From contig JABGOS010000088.1 of the NCBI GenBank assembly GCA_018645265.1, positions 11,083 through 75,082 of the forward strand: DNA of 64,000 bases, given 5' to 3'. This document shows, piece by piece, positions 1-10,052 of the stretch. The notes under the pieces were generated by a model. It did no database searches, had not been told where the DNA came from, and was given only the letters and a program-made list of their open reading frames with translations. This DNA is from Deltaproteobacteria bacterium. Lineage in GTDB: Bacteria; UBA10199; 2-02-FULL-44-16; JAAZCA01. How positions within the stretch are numbered: the first letter of the stretch is position 1; every line of letters begins with the position of its first letter. The position numbers and the translations under genes were made by a program.

Positions 1-927
1 ACCGACTACTTTAACGGAGATGGTTGGCAGGAACAGTCAAATAGCTTTGAAGAGTACTATGGTGATGGCTACAGCGATGCATACCTACCACCTGATATTA
101 AACCTGGTGAGAACGATACACTTCTCGAGTTCCGCACTGGCATAATGATTCACAACATGCGTGGTGATATCAAGGGAACCGCCTACAATGACATCATACA
201 GACGTTAGGCGTTAATGAGAAAACAGACTACGCAAAGGAACATCTTCCTGAAGAGGTGCAATCCGCGCTCACTGGTGATCCATTTTATTCAAATATAGTA
301 AAATCGAGTGGCGGAAATGACGTAGTGGTCGCAGGATTTGGCGATAACTTCATCACTGGCGCTACGTTCGTTTCTGTAAAATCAAACCCAAATGATACGA
401 ATGTAATAATGACGCCTGAGCTTCTCTCACATGGTGCTCTTACCGAAAACACCAAGACCAGAAATCCAAAGACCTATATTGAAGTACATGGTGGAGCTGA
501 GACATTTATAGTCAACCCTGAAGAGGACAGCCCTGGCATACATAAAGATGACGACCCTACAGAAGATGAAGGGGAAGCAGATAAATGGAATGACAGCTTC
601 ATAGATGATTGGTTCGATATCAACAGCAACTCCGTAATTTACACAGTACACCCCTATGGTGATGAATATACAGGAAGTGCATCATTCGATGACAGCATGC
701 CGATGGATAAAACGGCTGTAGGCGATGCAATAAGTGGCGCCCAGCAAGCATTCTACGATGAACTCACGACGGCTCCCGATGTAGATGAACAGGCTCTTGA
801 AGCCACATGGAACGACGTATTAACCCAACAGACGACACTCGATGATGAAATGAACGGCTTCTTCGATGAGATGTTTGGAGAAATGGACTCAATGCTCGGC
901 GAACTCAATTTGGGGCCGAATACATAA
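1..927 (+). CDS. Acidic secreted-type repeat protein, 5'-truncated at window edge (reading frame is open back to position 1)
   Basis: Frame 1 has no stop from nt 1 to 927. Asp/Glu-rich with degenerate GxGDNxI (RTX-like) segments. No recognisable enzymatic motifs. Confidence 0.45.
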   Translation, partial: TDYFNGDGWQEQSNSFEEYYGDGYSDAYLPPDIKPGENDTLLEFRTGIMIHNMRGDIKGTAYNDIIQTLGVNEKTDYAKEHLPEEVQSALTGDPFYSNIVKSSGGNDVVVAGFGDNFITGATFVSVKSNPNDTNVIMTPELLSHGALTENTKTRNPKTYIEVHGGAETFIVNPEEDSPGIHKDDDPTEDEGEADKWNDSFIDDWFDINSNSVIYTVHPYGDEYTGSASFDDSMPMDKTAVGDAISGAQQAFYDELTTAPDVDEQALEATWNDVLTQQTTLDDEMNGFFDEMFGEMDSMLGELNLGPNT

Positions 928-940
928 TAATGAGAGGCAC

Positions 941-3061
941 ATGATGAAGATTACTGCACAGAAAATTAAAACCACTGATTTCTCGGACCTTCAGCCAGAA
1001 GCTACTGGACAGGCTCAAGCGGATAACGGAGTCGATACTTCCGATCTCGCAGCCGCGATAGCTGAAATAGAGCAGTTCGAACAGGAAAATTCCGAATGGC
1101 TCTCCGAGGAAAACTTAAGTGAAATGGACCGCATCAAAACCATGCTCGTCGCCGAAAAGGCCGCTATAGAGAACTTCGGCCCGTACGGATCTGGCGGAGC
1201 AGGAGCAGGTGGCGTAGATCCAACACTCTGGGAAATGCCACAGGCATTGGATGCATATTGGAACGGCGTTAATCCTGACCAAATTCTGCAATCCGATGAT
1301 GATGCATCTAGACTCGACGAAGATCCTGCATGGTACGGCGACTACATGGGTACAGTACAGGTTCTAAATAGTGGCGATCCTGCAAACCCGACGAATGTAG
1401 GATTTCAGATGACAGAGGATATGGTCGGTATCTGGGGTGAGTCACGCGGTAGCGATATAGTCGTTACAGTCGAGTACACTGATGGACGCCGTGAGTCATG
1501 GGTAGTCGAGGGCGGTTCTGTAAGAGCTGAGCCTATGATTGTTTCCGGAATTGGCCTCGAAGGCGTCGTTATGGATTTTAGCCGCGTATTTCGTCAGAAC
1601 GGTGATCTCTATCTGCATGGTTCGGATGGTGATGATGAGATCAAGGGTTCACAGAGTGGATGTGGAATTATAGCTTACGCCGGCGATGACATGATATGGG
1701 GTGGTGCTGGTGATGATAGAATCTACGGCGATGAACACTACCTCTATGCTGGTCAGTTTGATCCCAGTTACGGTGGTGCCGATACAGTCTACGGTGGTGC
1801 AGGCAACGATATCCTCTACGGCGGTGGTGGAATTGATACGAACTATTCATCCGACGCAGGTGAGAGCATCAACGAGTTTGATACCGATCCCATCAATGAC
1901 CTGACCACGACACCCCCGGATCCTGCAAGCTGGTCTAGCTCCGATGTATGGGAATACAACTTCGATGAAAGCCAGGACGGCACACTCATCTTTAGAAACC
2001 AGAGCACGGAAGGTTTCGGCGGCGACATCAATATCAATATGGATGGCATGCCCGGATACGACATGGCATTCGGTGATATGGATGCTGACGGAGCATTAGT
2101 CATCACATTCGTAGGCGAGGAAGGTTCATTCAAGGTTAAATATGAAGATTTCTTCAGCGATCAGTTTGGTGCTGACAATCCGATGGATCGCATCGTTAAA
2201 TTAAATCTATACGGTACATCTGGAAATGATATTATAAATTTTGATAAGATCCAGGTAACAAGTCAGGTAATCAACCTTCTCGGCGGAGCTGGCGAAGATA
2301 TTATTCTTGGAACACATAACAAACTTCTCATGGATGGTCTTAAGCCAGACAGTCTCGATAGAAGTCAGAAGAACGGTGCTGGAGTTCTCGCTGGTCATGT
2401 AAATGAAGGCATCTTCGCTGCAGATGATGAAAATCAGTATGGCAAGGATTCTGATGGCAAGGTCGATCTCGCCCAATGGAACGGTTACAAAGCCACGGCA
2501 GAGGATGGACAAATATCGATCAGCGATGATGGCAATGCTGAAACCACAGCAGGAGAGGTTCTCTGTCTCAAGGCACCTGATGGTTATACCCACGGTTATA
2601 TCACCCAGGATCCTTCAACGGGTGACACTATAGTCATAATGGTTAAACCTCAGGCAAGCGGCGATGCAAAGACGATAGTAGTTAGGATCGATGAGAGTCT
2701 TGGCCTAGGATATAATGACATCCTCGTTAAAAATGAAGTCACAACTATAGTTGGAGACGGCGATGTTGAGCAAAGCAGCATGGGTGCTCCATTCACATTA
2801 ACAGCTATAAGCCTCGATCCAAACGACTATGTAATAGAGGGTGGAGCTGGCAAGGATCTTATTTTTGCACCCGAGGGTACCAAGGTAGTTGGCGACGACA
2901 ACGAAGAGGTCGTCTGGGAAGAGGAGTTCAACACCCTTCCAACACCACCGCCAAGCGCACCAACACAGGATACCGATCCAATAGCGCCGGTGGAAGATAG
3001 CGGTTCTGAAAGCGACTCAATTGATGATTCTGGTGGAGATGACGGCAGTCAAACCGTGTAA
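941..3061 (+). CDS. RTX-type hemolysin-like calcium-binding repeat protein, no N-terminal signal peptide, acidic C-terminus
   Basis: Tandem GGxGxDxUx nonapeptides (GGAGDDRIYGD, GGADTVYGGAGNDILYGGGGID, LLGGAGEDIILG, IEGGAGKDLIF). Start moved to ATG 941, which has a GAGAGG RBS at 931-936 and is in frame with the track ORF 866..3061. The C-terminal 60 aa are Pro/Asp/Ser-rich and acidic. Confidence 0.6.
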   Translation: MMKITAQKIKTTDFSDLQPEATGQAQADNGVDTSDLAAAIAEIEQFEQENSEWLSEENLSEMDRIKTMLVAEKAAIENFGPYGSGGAGAGGVDPTLWEMPQALDAYWNGVNPDQILQSDDDASRLDEDPAWYGDYMGTVQVLNSGDPANPTNVGFQMTEDMVGIWGESRGSDIVVTVEYTDGRRESWVVEGGSVRAEPMIVSGIGLEGVVMDFSRVFRQNGDLYLHGSDGDDEIKGSQSGCGIIAYAGDDMIWGGAGDDRIYGDEHYLYAGQFDPSYGGADTVYGGAGNDILYGGGGIDTNYSSDAGESINEFDTDPINDLTTTPPDPASWSSSDVWEYNFDESQDGTLIFRNQSTEGFGGDININMDGMPGYDMAFGDMDADGALVITFVGEEGSFKVKYEDFFSDQFGADNPMDRIVKLNLYGTSGNDIINFDKIQVTSQVINLLGGAGEDIILGTHNKLLMDGLKPDSLDRSQKNGAGVLAGHVNEGIFAADDENQYGKDSDGKVDLAQWNGYKATAEDGQISISDDGNAETTAGEVLCLKAPDGYTHGYITQDPSTGDTIVIMVKPQASGDAKTIVVRIDESLGLGYNDILVKNEVTTIVGDGDVEQSSMGAPFTLTAISLDPNDYVIEGGAGKDLIFAPEGTKVVGDDNEEVVWEEEFNTLPTPPPSAPTQDTDPIAPVEDSGSESDSIDDSGGDDGSQTV

Positions 3062-3819
3062 TAGACCTTAACAAGATATAGAGCACAGGCAGGAGCGCAA
3101 CGATAGGCCTCCTGCCTGTTTTTTTTCTCTAGTATGGACTTCACCTCATCTGGAGAAATATTATTCAATCCAACCTCAACCAGCGTTCCTACAATGTTCC
3201 TTATCATATGCCGAACAAAGCCATCCCCCTCAAAGATTATATCAACCACCCTCCCCTCACTGGGGATTGAGAGTGAATCGTTTGAGGGAATTACATAATT
3301 AATCGAAGTTATAGTTCTCACTGCATCAGAAGCGGTACAACCGGAGGCCCTAAAGCTTTCATAATCATGTTTGCCAACAAGATAGCTTGAAGCTTTCTTC
3401 ATGAGCTCAATATCTAATTCATGTTTAATTCGCCATGCGCGATTATTGAGAAGTGGCACCCTCTGCTTACAATAGAGCATCCTATATCTATACTGCTTGC
3501 CCTGAGCATCACGAAGCGCATGAAAATTAAGATCCGCCTCCTCCGCATCGACGATAGCGATATCCTGGGGTAATATTGAATTAGCGCCCTTCATTATCCC
3601 GTCAGGGGGAATCGTTGAGTCAATCCTTACATGAGCAACCTGCTCAATGGCATGGACACCTGCATCCGTTCTGCCGGAAGCTATAACATCTACTTTTGAT
3701 TGAACAAGCTGACCTATCGCATCCTGCAACAGAGCTTGCACTGATCTCCCATTTGGCTGAACCTGCCAACCTACATACTCGGTGCCATCATAGGATAATT
3801 TTAGCTTAATATTTCGCAT
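3049..3819 (-). CDS. truA: tRNA pseudouridine(38-40) synthase TruA
   Basis: LSYDGTEYVGWQVQPNG and RTDAGVHA catalytic Asp motif. 256 aa. Confidence 0.9.
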   Translation of the reverse strand: MRNIKLKLSYDGTEYVGWQVQPNGRSVQALLQDAIGQLVQSKVDVIASGRTDAGVHAIEQVAHVRIDSTIPPDGIMKGANSILPQDIAIVDAEEADLNFHALRDAQGKQYRYRMLYCKQRVPLLNNRAWRIKHELDIELMKKASSYLVGKHDYESFRASGCTASDAVRTITSINYVIPSNDSLSIPSEGRVVDIIFEGDGFVRHMIRNIVGTLVEVGLNNISPDEVKSILEKKNRQEAYRCAPACALYLVKVYYTV

Positions 3820-3837
3820 GATCTATCAGGGTATTTT

Positions 3838-4563
3838 CTAAAACTCGAAAAGCAATCCAAACGAGAAGAGATATCCACTCACATCCAGCCCCTTCTTACC
3901 AAAACTATCAATCCACTGATACGCTCCCTCAAGGGTCAAAAAGAAATCATTGATACCCATGTCGTGATCAAGATCTCTCCTGCTTCCTGACATCTCCGCC
4001 AGATTCAGCATCAACCCACCAGCTCCGTGCATACCAAATTTCATACCACTGATCTTGCTGCCGGAGATACTCTCTTTATAATAGACCCAATCAAAACCAG
4101 GTCTCAGATAAGGAACTATATAGCGCCATGAAAAATAATCCGCCCGCCATGTAAAGTTGAGCTCCATGGGTATCATGAAAAGATGCAAACGCTGTGCAGA
4201 TTGCGTACCGGTTTGTGAGTCAGTTATAGTTGCCTGCCCACTCTTATATAGAAAACCTGCACTTATCCCTACGCCGTACCTCCTGTTGAAGAGTAAACCA
4301 CCTTGTACCTTAGTGATCAAGTTGCAACACTTTGTAAACGCCTGCTTCAATTCTGCATTATGCGGTATCCAGAAACCAGTTCTCAATTCGAACTCCCACA
4401 TCTGAGGTGATTCATCAGTAGGAGTATATGATGACGATACATCTACTTCATTCACGCGCTCTTCATAGACGTTCGTCTGAGCATATACCTGTTTGGACAC
4501 CAGGACTAAGGAGAGTAGAACACAGATTACGACAGGATACTGTAGAATGCTTTTTCTATTCAT
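3838..4563 (-). CDS. Putative outer-membrane beta-barrel protein
   Basis: N-terminal signal peptide (MNRKSILQYPVVICVLLSLVLVSKQVYAQ). Alternating amphipathic strands and a C-terminal aromatic-Phe (FSFGLLFEF) typical of OMPs. Confidence 0.5.
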   Translation of the reverse strand: MNRKSILQYPVVICVLLSLVLVSKQVYAQTNVYEERVNEVDVSSSYTPTDESPQMWEFELRTGFWIPHNAELKQAFTKCCNLITKVQGGLLFNRRYGVGISAGFLYKSGQATITDSQTGTQSAQRLHLFMIPMELNFTWRADYFSWRYIVPYLRPGFDWVYYKESISGSKISGMKFGMHGAGGLMLNLAEMSGSRRDLDHDMGINDFFLTLEGAYQWIDSFGKKGLDVSGYLFSFGLLFEF

Positions 4564-4565
4564 AA

Positions 4566-5585
4566 TCAGAGATACTCTTTAACCAATATTTCAGCGATTT
4601 GAACCGCATTCAACGCCGCCCCTTTTCGCAGATTATCAGCTACGATCCACAACGCGAGTCCGTTCTCCACGGTGTTATCTTTTCGGATCCTTCCGACATA
4701 GACCTCATCCTTACCAACAGCCTCTATAGGCATCGGGTACTTACAGAGATTTGTTTCATCCATGACGACAACTCCAGCGGTCTCCATTAATATTTCCCTA
4801 GCTTTATCAGGATCTATTGGATCTTCAAACTCGAGGTTCACCGATTCTGAATGTCCACAGAATACAGGCACCCTTACAGCTGTGGCTGTAATCTTTATAT
4901 TTTCATCACCAAGTATCTTCTTAGTTTCAAGGATCAGTTTCATCTCCTCATCGGTATAAGCATCATCGTTGAAAGTGCCTATATGTGGGATACAATTGAA
5001 TGCAATCCGATGTGGAAAATTCTCGATCTTACAATCACCTTCTGAAAAGAGATCAACCGACTGCCTGGATAACTCCTCTATCGCCTTCAGCCCGGCGCCG
5101 GACACAGACTGATATGTGGAAACCACCGCTCTACGTATACCGGCATACCTGTGCAGTGGATCTAAAACCACGACTAGCTGAATTGTAGAGCAGTTTGGAT
5201 TTGCTATAATTCTTCTATCCTTAAAATCTGAGATAGCAGCTGCATTAACTTCTGGAACGACTAGAGGTATATCCTCCTCCATTCTGAATGCTGACGTATT
5301 GTCTATAACCACCGCACCCGACTTAACAGCAATAGGCGCATATTTCTTACTTATGTCACCACCTGCCGAAAAAAGTGCGATATCAACATCTGAGAAAGAA
5401 TCTTCCGTTAGAACTTCAGCGGAGAGATCTTCTCCAAGATACATAACATCCTTACCAACTGAATTCTCAGAGGCTAGTGGAATTAGATTCCTCACTGGAA
5501 ATTTTCTCTCTTCCAGCAGAGAAATCATCTCACCGCCTACAGCTCCAGTAGCCCCAACAACCGCTACATTATATCCGTCACTCAT
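4566..5585 (-). CDS. asd: Aspartate-semialdehyde dehydrogenase
   Basis: N-terminal NAD fold VAVVGATGAVG, and active-site region IANPNCSTIQLVVVLDPL. Confidence 0.9.
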   Translation of the reverse strand: MSDGYNVAVVGATGAVGGEMISLLEERKFPVRNLIPLASENSVGKDVMYLGEDLSAEVLTEDSFSDVDIALFSAGGDISKKYAPIAVKSGAVVIDNTSAFRMEEDIPLVVPEVNAAAISDFKDRRIIANPNCSTIQLVVVLDPLHRYAGIRRAVVSTYQSVSGAGLKAIEELSRQSVDLFSEGDCKIENFPHRIAFNCIPHIGTFNDDAYTDEEMKLILETKKILGDENIKITATAVRVPVFCGHSESVNLEFEDPIDPDKAREILMETAGVVVMDETNLCKYPMPIEAVGKDEVYVGRIRKDNTVENGLALWIVADNLRKGAALNAVQIAEILVKEYL

Positions 5586-5588
5586 TGA

Positions 5589-5873
5589 CTATCCTTTCTT
5601 GAAAATGGCCTCCAGATCGCTCTTGGCCTTCTGAATATCTGCTTTTTCCTTATCGACCTCCCTACCAAACTTAAAGAACTCACAGAAGTTTGAGCCCTCC
5701 TTATCGGAGACAAGACGCGCCTGATTCTCCCTGCATTTATTATGATAGCTACGATCATAGAATGTACATTGCATACAGGCATGTAGATAATGCCCACAAT
5801 GACGACACTCTTCAAGTCGCCCTATCTTGAATTCTAGATCAACCTCATGTCCACAGAATACACATGCCGGCAT
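5589..5873 (-). CDS. Small Cys-rich zinc-ribbon protein of unknown function
   Basis: CxxC...CxxC...CxxC...C spacing in 94 aa with a Lys/Glu-rich C-terminal tail. Chosen over the overlapping same-strand ORF 5582..5815. Confidence 0.45.
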   Translation of the reverse strand: MPACVFCGHEVDLEFKIGRLEECRHCGHYLHACMQCTFYDRSYHNKCRENQARLVSDKEGSNFCEFFKFGREVDKEKADIQKAKSDLEAIFKKG

Positions 5874-5875
5874 AT

Positions 5876-6754
5876 CTATACTCCAGTGCCATTGGCTCGA
5901 TTCTTATCCTTCGATTTATCATGGTCCGACAAGTCTACAACATTATCGTCCCCATCTTTCATAAGCTCCAACTTGTACTGCTTTCTCTCAGCCCTTCTCT
6001 CCTTCATCTTTCTGACAAACTTCCGACTCTGATGAAGGGTCACGAGCTCCTCAACGACACCTGATGCCACATATCCAACGGTCAAGACGAACATGGTTAC
6101 CTCTGGTTTTATAGCCACCAGAAAAATCCCGATGACAACCAACACCAGTGCAAAAAAACTGTTCCGCTTTTTTATGTCAATGACCTTAAGACTTCGATAT
6201 CTGATCGTTGAAACCATGAGCAATGAGAGTATTATTGTAATTACAGCAATCGTAATACTTCCCTCAGGCGGGAAGATAAATAGATGATGATAGAATATTA
6301 CATAAGTGGCTAGAACATACGCGGCAACTGGAATAGGCAGACCCTGAAAATACTCCATCTCAACATCATCATGCTGAACGTTAAAACGCGCAAGTCTCAG
6401 TGCACCACATGCAAAAAATAAAAATGCCGCTAGCCAACCCAGCTTCTTAAGTCCGTATAATGACCAGGTGTACATCAATATGCCAGGAGCGAGTCCAAAA
6501 GATGCAAGGTCTACCAGGGAATCATATTCAACTCCAAACTGACTCTCAGCCTTCGCAAGCCTAGCCAATCTTCCATCGATGAGATCAAAGATGCCGGCTA
6601 GCAAAATTGCCCATGCTGCTGCTTTAAAATCTCCCGAGAGCGACTTAACAACTGAAAAGAAACCACAGAAGAGGCTCGCTGATGTGCATAGATTTGGCAG
6701 AAGATATACACCCTTCTTCATACTATCGCGGCGTCTATGTCCCTTCATATTCAT
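5876..6754 (-). CDS. pssA: CDP-diacylglycerol--serine O-phosphatidyltransferase (CDP-alcohol phosphatidyltransferase family)
   Basis: DxxDGxxAR...G...D...D motif (FDLIDGRLARLAKAESQFGVEYDSLVDL). Multi-TM. The start may be the internal Met MKKGVYLLPNL. Confidence 0.8.
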   Translation of the reverse strand: MNMKGHRRRDSMKKGVYLLPNLCTSASLFCGFFSVVKSLSGDFKAAAWAILLAGIFDLIDGRLARLAKAESQFGVEYDSLVDLASFGLAPGILMYTWSLYGLKKLGWLAAFLFFACGALRLARFNVQHDDVEMEYFQGLPIPVAAYVLATYVIFYHHLFIFPPEGSITIAVITIILSLLMVSTIRYRSLKVIDIKKRNSFFALVLVVIGIFLVAIKPEVTMFVLTVGYVASGVVEELVTLHQSRKFVRKMKERRAERKQYKLELMKDGDDNVVDLSDHDKSKDKNRANGTGV

Positions 6755-7422
6755 AGATATCTCCCGATAATTGTAGAACCTGAGATCACCCTATCCCCCT
6801 TCTTCACATCCACCATCGTCTCTGGTGAAAGATAGAGATCGACCCTTGATCCAAATCTTATCAGACCGAATCTGTCACCCCTTTCAAGCGATGCACCCTC
6901 CTTGAAATAGCAGATGATACGCCTGGCTATTAAACCAGCTATCTGAACCATCACTATCTCACGCCCTTCGTCATCCTCTAGCACCAAGAGATTTCTTTCA
7001 TTTTTCTCAGAAGCTTTGTCCAGACTGGCTACAAAAAACTTTCCCGCAAAATAACGGATCTTCTTCACAGTAGCACTTACAGGGAACCTGTTGATATGAA
7101 CATTAAGAACGGACATGAATATGCTGACTTTCGTTGTTTTCTTCCCAGTCTCCGGTGCAACTATGTCATTCTCAACTTTCAGAACACGTCCATCCGCTGG
7201 CGATATTATCAACCCTTCACCCTTTGGAACTGTGCGTTCAGGATTTCTGAAGAAATAGGTCACAAAGGCTGCCACCCCTATGAAGAACATAGCAACTGAA
7301 CTCAGTTCGACGGCAAAGAAAAAAAGCGATATTACGGCAGCTATTGCAATAAAGGGATGCCCCTCCTTCGCGATATACATCTGCCGCGGCATCGGCCTAT
7401 ACGAATCTATCAATTTTTCCAT
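6751..7422 (-). CDS. psd: Phosphatidylserine decarboxylase-related protein (short, archaeal-type Psd proenzyme)
   Basis: Overlaps pssA by 4 nt, which is the classic psd-pssA pairing. N-terminal TM segment and C-terminal FGSRVDLY (GS processing-site-like). Start chosen at MEKLIDSY (an AAGGA lies 11 nt upstream). The track ORF extends to 7512. Confidence 0.55.
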   Translation of the reverse strand: MEKLIDSYRPMPRQMYIAKEGHPFIAIAAVISLFFFAVELSSVAMFFIGVAAFVTYFFRNPERTVPKGEGLIISPADGRVLKVENDIVAPETGKKTTKVSIFMSVLNVHINRFPVSATVKKIRYFAGKFFVASLDKASEKNERNLLVLEDDEGREIVMVQIAGLIARRIICYFKEGASLERGDRFGLIRFGSRVDLYLSPETMVDVKKGDRVISGSTIIGRYL

Positions 7423-7584
7423 AGGGTAGATATCCTTGTAAGTATGCTTTATTAAACGCCTTCCACCAGCTATCCCGGCAGATAACATGCACCGATAGCG
7501 ACAAGAGTGCAAATCTTATTGAAGTGGTAATGCGATGAACGAATCTGGGACTTATACGAGCCTCGGCAACCTGCAGCCGTTCAA

Positions 7585-7821
7585 TCAGTCCTTACTAGCC
7601 CTCTTCCTGTAATCACAAAGAATATCCTCAATCATATCCCGACCACGCAGTTTTTCCTTCTGCATCTCTTTTCTTTTCAACTCTTCTATAGGTGTAAGAT
7701 ATGGCTTATTATTGAACTTTTCAAGTCTACGCTCAAAATCGACATGCTCGTCATAGAGCATCTTAAGTGCATCATCACTTTCCATGTACTGGTTAATCAA
7801 CTCGATATCACGCTGTTCCAT
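7585..7821 (-). CDS. DUF465/YdcH-like small protein
   Basis: 78 aa coiled-coil with a pattern resembling E. coli YdcH (L..EH..L..I....K...LK..KL.LKD.I..IL). Confidence 0.5.
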   Translation of the reverse strand: MEQRDIELINQYMESDDALKMLYDEHVDFERRLEKFNNKPYLTPIEELKRKEMQKEKLRGRDMIEDILCDYRKRASKD

Positions 7822-8037
7822 GAAAACCTCCTTGAAAGTAAAAAAACCTGAGCAATGCAGTCGCCCAGGCCTTGAAAATTAAAATTTATTTTCAGGGCGG
7901 GCATCTTATTTCGACCGAGCCCACCCTGGATCTCGATCTTTCATATATAGAATGTTACAGTAATGACTCTAATGTGTCAATAAATCACTTGTTTTCATTA
8001 GCTTTTTCCATTAGTTGAGGGGCCAAGGGGGTATTTT

Positions 8038-8457
8038 ATGAAACAGGAAATTCACTCATTTACATTAAAATCCAGCCAATACACTGACATTATTGACATT
8101 ACTGAAAAGGCAAATCAATTCATCGAACAAGCTGGCATCAGAAAGGGTCTTTTTACCGCTTCAGTACCAGGGTCAACTGCTTCAATAACAACCATCGAAT
8201 ACGAGGACGGCGTCCTTGAGGATTTGAAGAATGCTATCGAGAGAATCGCCCCTCAAGGTATGAAGTACGATCATGATGCAAAGTGGGGTGATGGAAATGG
8301 TTACTCGCATGTGCGCGCAGCACTTCTCAAGCCCTCCCTCTCACTTCCTGTCGAAAAGGGTCACATCATGCATGGCACATGGCAACAAATCGTTTTGATG
8401 GATTTTGATAGCAGGGCAAGGAATCGTAACATAATTTTTCATGTCATCGGTGAATAG
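8038..8457 (+). CDS. yjbQ: YjbQ/UPF0047 family secondary thiamine-phosphate synthase-like protein
   Basis: 139 aa with the TASITTIEYEDGVLEDL core and YSHVRAAL. A strong RBS (AAGGGGG) lies upstream. Confidence 0.75.
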   Translation: MKQEIHSFTLKSSQYTDIIDITEKANQFIEQAGIRKGLFTASVPGSTASITTIEYEDGVLEDLKNAIERIAPQGMKYDHDAKWGDGNGYSHVRAALLKPSLSLPVEKGHIMHGTWQQIVLMDFDSRARNRNIIFHVIGE

Positions 8458-8483
8458 AATACAAGACCAGCAGAAATATATTT

Positions 8484-10016
8484 TCAGATTTTCATTTCAC
8501 TACAAACTGACTCTGCAGCTTTGACAACTTCACCGCCTCTGACCATCTCAATACATCGATTGATGTCCAATCTATACTCCCTATCCTCATCGATTTTGTC
8601 TACAACCTTTCGCACTAATTCAAATACAGCACTCGTCCCCAGACCCGGTTTTCCATGCTTGTTCTGAAGATCGATAGCCTGACATGCGGCGAACAACTCT
8701 ATAGCCAGAATAATCTCTACATTCTCAATAATCTGAAGAGCCTTTCTCGCTCCGATCGTTCCCATGCTGACATGATCCTCTTGTCCACCGAATGTAGGAA
8801 TGGAATCAACCGATGATGGATGTGCGAGAACCTTATTCTCTGAAACCAAAGCGCTCATAGTCACATGTGGTGTCATAAGCCCTGAGCTCAATCCAGGATT
8901 TGGCACCAGACTCTTAGTAGGTATTTCGCCTGCAATCGGTGTCGTCAACACTGCTACCCTTCTCTCTGAAATACTCCCTAGCTCCGCTGCCGCAATTGCA
9001 AGCATGTCCATCGCAAAGGCTAGCGGCTCACCATGAAAGTTTCCACCGGACAAAATCTCATCATCCTTAGCGAAGAGTAGCGGATTATCTGTACAACTTC
9101 CTGTCTCTCGAAGCACGATATCCCTGGAATATTTTGCTGCATCCTTAACCGCGCCATGCACTTGAGGAATACATCTGAAGGAATAAGGATCCTGCACCCT
9201 TCCACAATCTCTATGATCAGCTATAATTTCGCTATCACTTAGAAGTATTCTCATATTATCCGCTGTCGCCATCTGTCCAGGATGAGGACGCAATTTATGA
9301 ATCCGTTCATCAAATGGTCTTGCGGAAGCCAGATCACCTTCAACGGAAAGTGCACCCACGATGTCAGCAACCTTAATAAGATTCTCCATCTTGATATGCG
9401 CCATACATCCAATCGCTGCTATAGCCTGCGTGCCGTTTATAAGGGCGATGCCTTCCTTTGCCTGTAACTTTATTGGCTCGAGGCGTTCAGTCTTCAAAGC
9501 TTCCGCAGCGGGCATAATCAGCCCCTTATAATAGACCTCGCCCCTTCCAATCAAGGTCAACGCAAGATGAGCCAGCGGAGCCAAATCACCACTAGCGCCA
9601 ACTGACCCTTTCTCCGGAATTACAGGTATTAGATCGCGGTTAATCATATCGAGAAGCAACTTGAATGTTTCCAACCTGATTCCAGAATAACCAACTGCAA
9701 GAACGTTAGCCCTAAGAAGCATTATCAACTTAGCAATATCAGTTCGAAGAGGATCACCCACACCCACTGCATGTGATATGATTAAATTCTCCTGGAGTTT
9801 CTCAAGATCTTCATGGGAGATGTGACAGCTGGCCATATTTCCAAAACCAGTATTGATTCCATAATAGGGTTTTTCAGAGGAGAGTTTCCCTTCAACAAAT
9901 TCGCGCACCTTCTTTATTCTAGAGATAGTTCCTCTTGACGGCTCAACAGTTTCGCCAGATATAAACCTTCTTATCTCATCTAATGTAAAACCTTTTCCAT
10001 CAATTTTAATAGCCAT
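8484..10016 (-). CDS. hutH: Histidine ammonia-lyase (aromatic amino acid ammonia-lyase family)
   Basis: MIO-forming GASGDLAPLAHL triad. 510 aa is typical of HAL. Confidence 0.85.
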   Translation of the reverse strand: MAIKIDGKGFTLDEIRRFISGETVEPSRGTISRIKKVREFVEGKLSSEKPYYGINTGFGNMASCHISHEDLEKLQENLIISHAVGVGDPLRTDIAKLIMLLRANVLAVGYSGIRLETFKLLLDMINRDLIPVIPEKGSVGASGDLAPLAHLALTLIGRGEVYYKGLIMPAAEALKTERLEPIKLQAKEGIALINGTQAIAAIGCMAHIKMENLIKVADIVGALSVEGDLASARPFDERIHKLRPHPGQMATADNMRILLSDSEIIADHRDCGRVQDPYSFRCIPQVHGAVKDAAKYSRDIVLRETGSCTDNPLLFAKDDEILSGGNFHGEPLAFAMDMLAIAAAELGSISERRVAVLTTPIAGEIPTKSLVPNPGLSSGLMTPHVTMSALVSENKVLAHPSSVDSIPTFGGQEDHVSMGTIGARKALQIIENVEIILAIELFAACQAIDLQNKHGKPGLGTSAVFELVRKVVDKIDEDREYRLDINRCIEMVRGGEVVKAAESVCSEMKI

Positions 10017-10052
10017 ATCCTGAACCCCCGAATGATAACTAGTATCTAATTA

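Noticed and set aside
866-940. Upstream start (866) of the RTX-repeat ORF
   Set aside because: It overlaps the 3' end of the preceding gene. The ATG at 941 has a GAGAGG RBS and begins the conserved protein.
5582-5815. 77-aa minus-strand ORF overlapping the Cys-rich zinc-ribbon ORF in another frame
   Set aside because: The alternative frame 5589..5873 has a regular CxxC spacing typical of a real zinc ribbon. This one is Arg/Ile-rich with no features.
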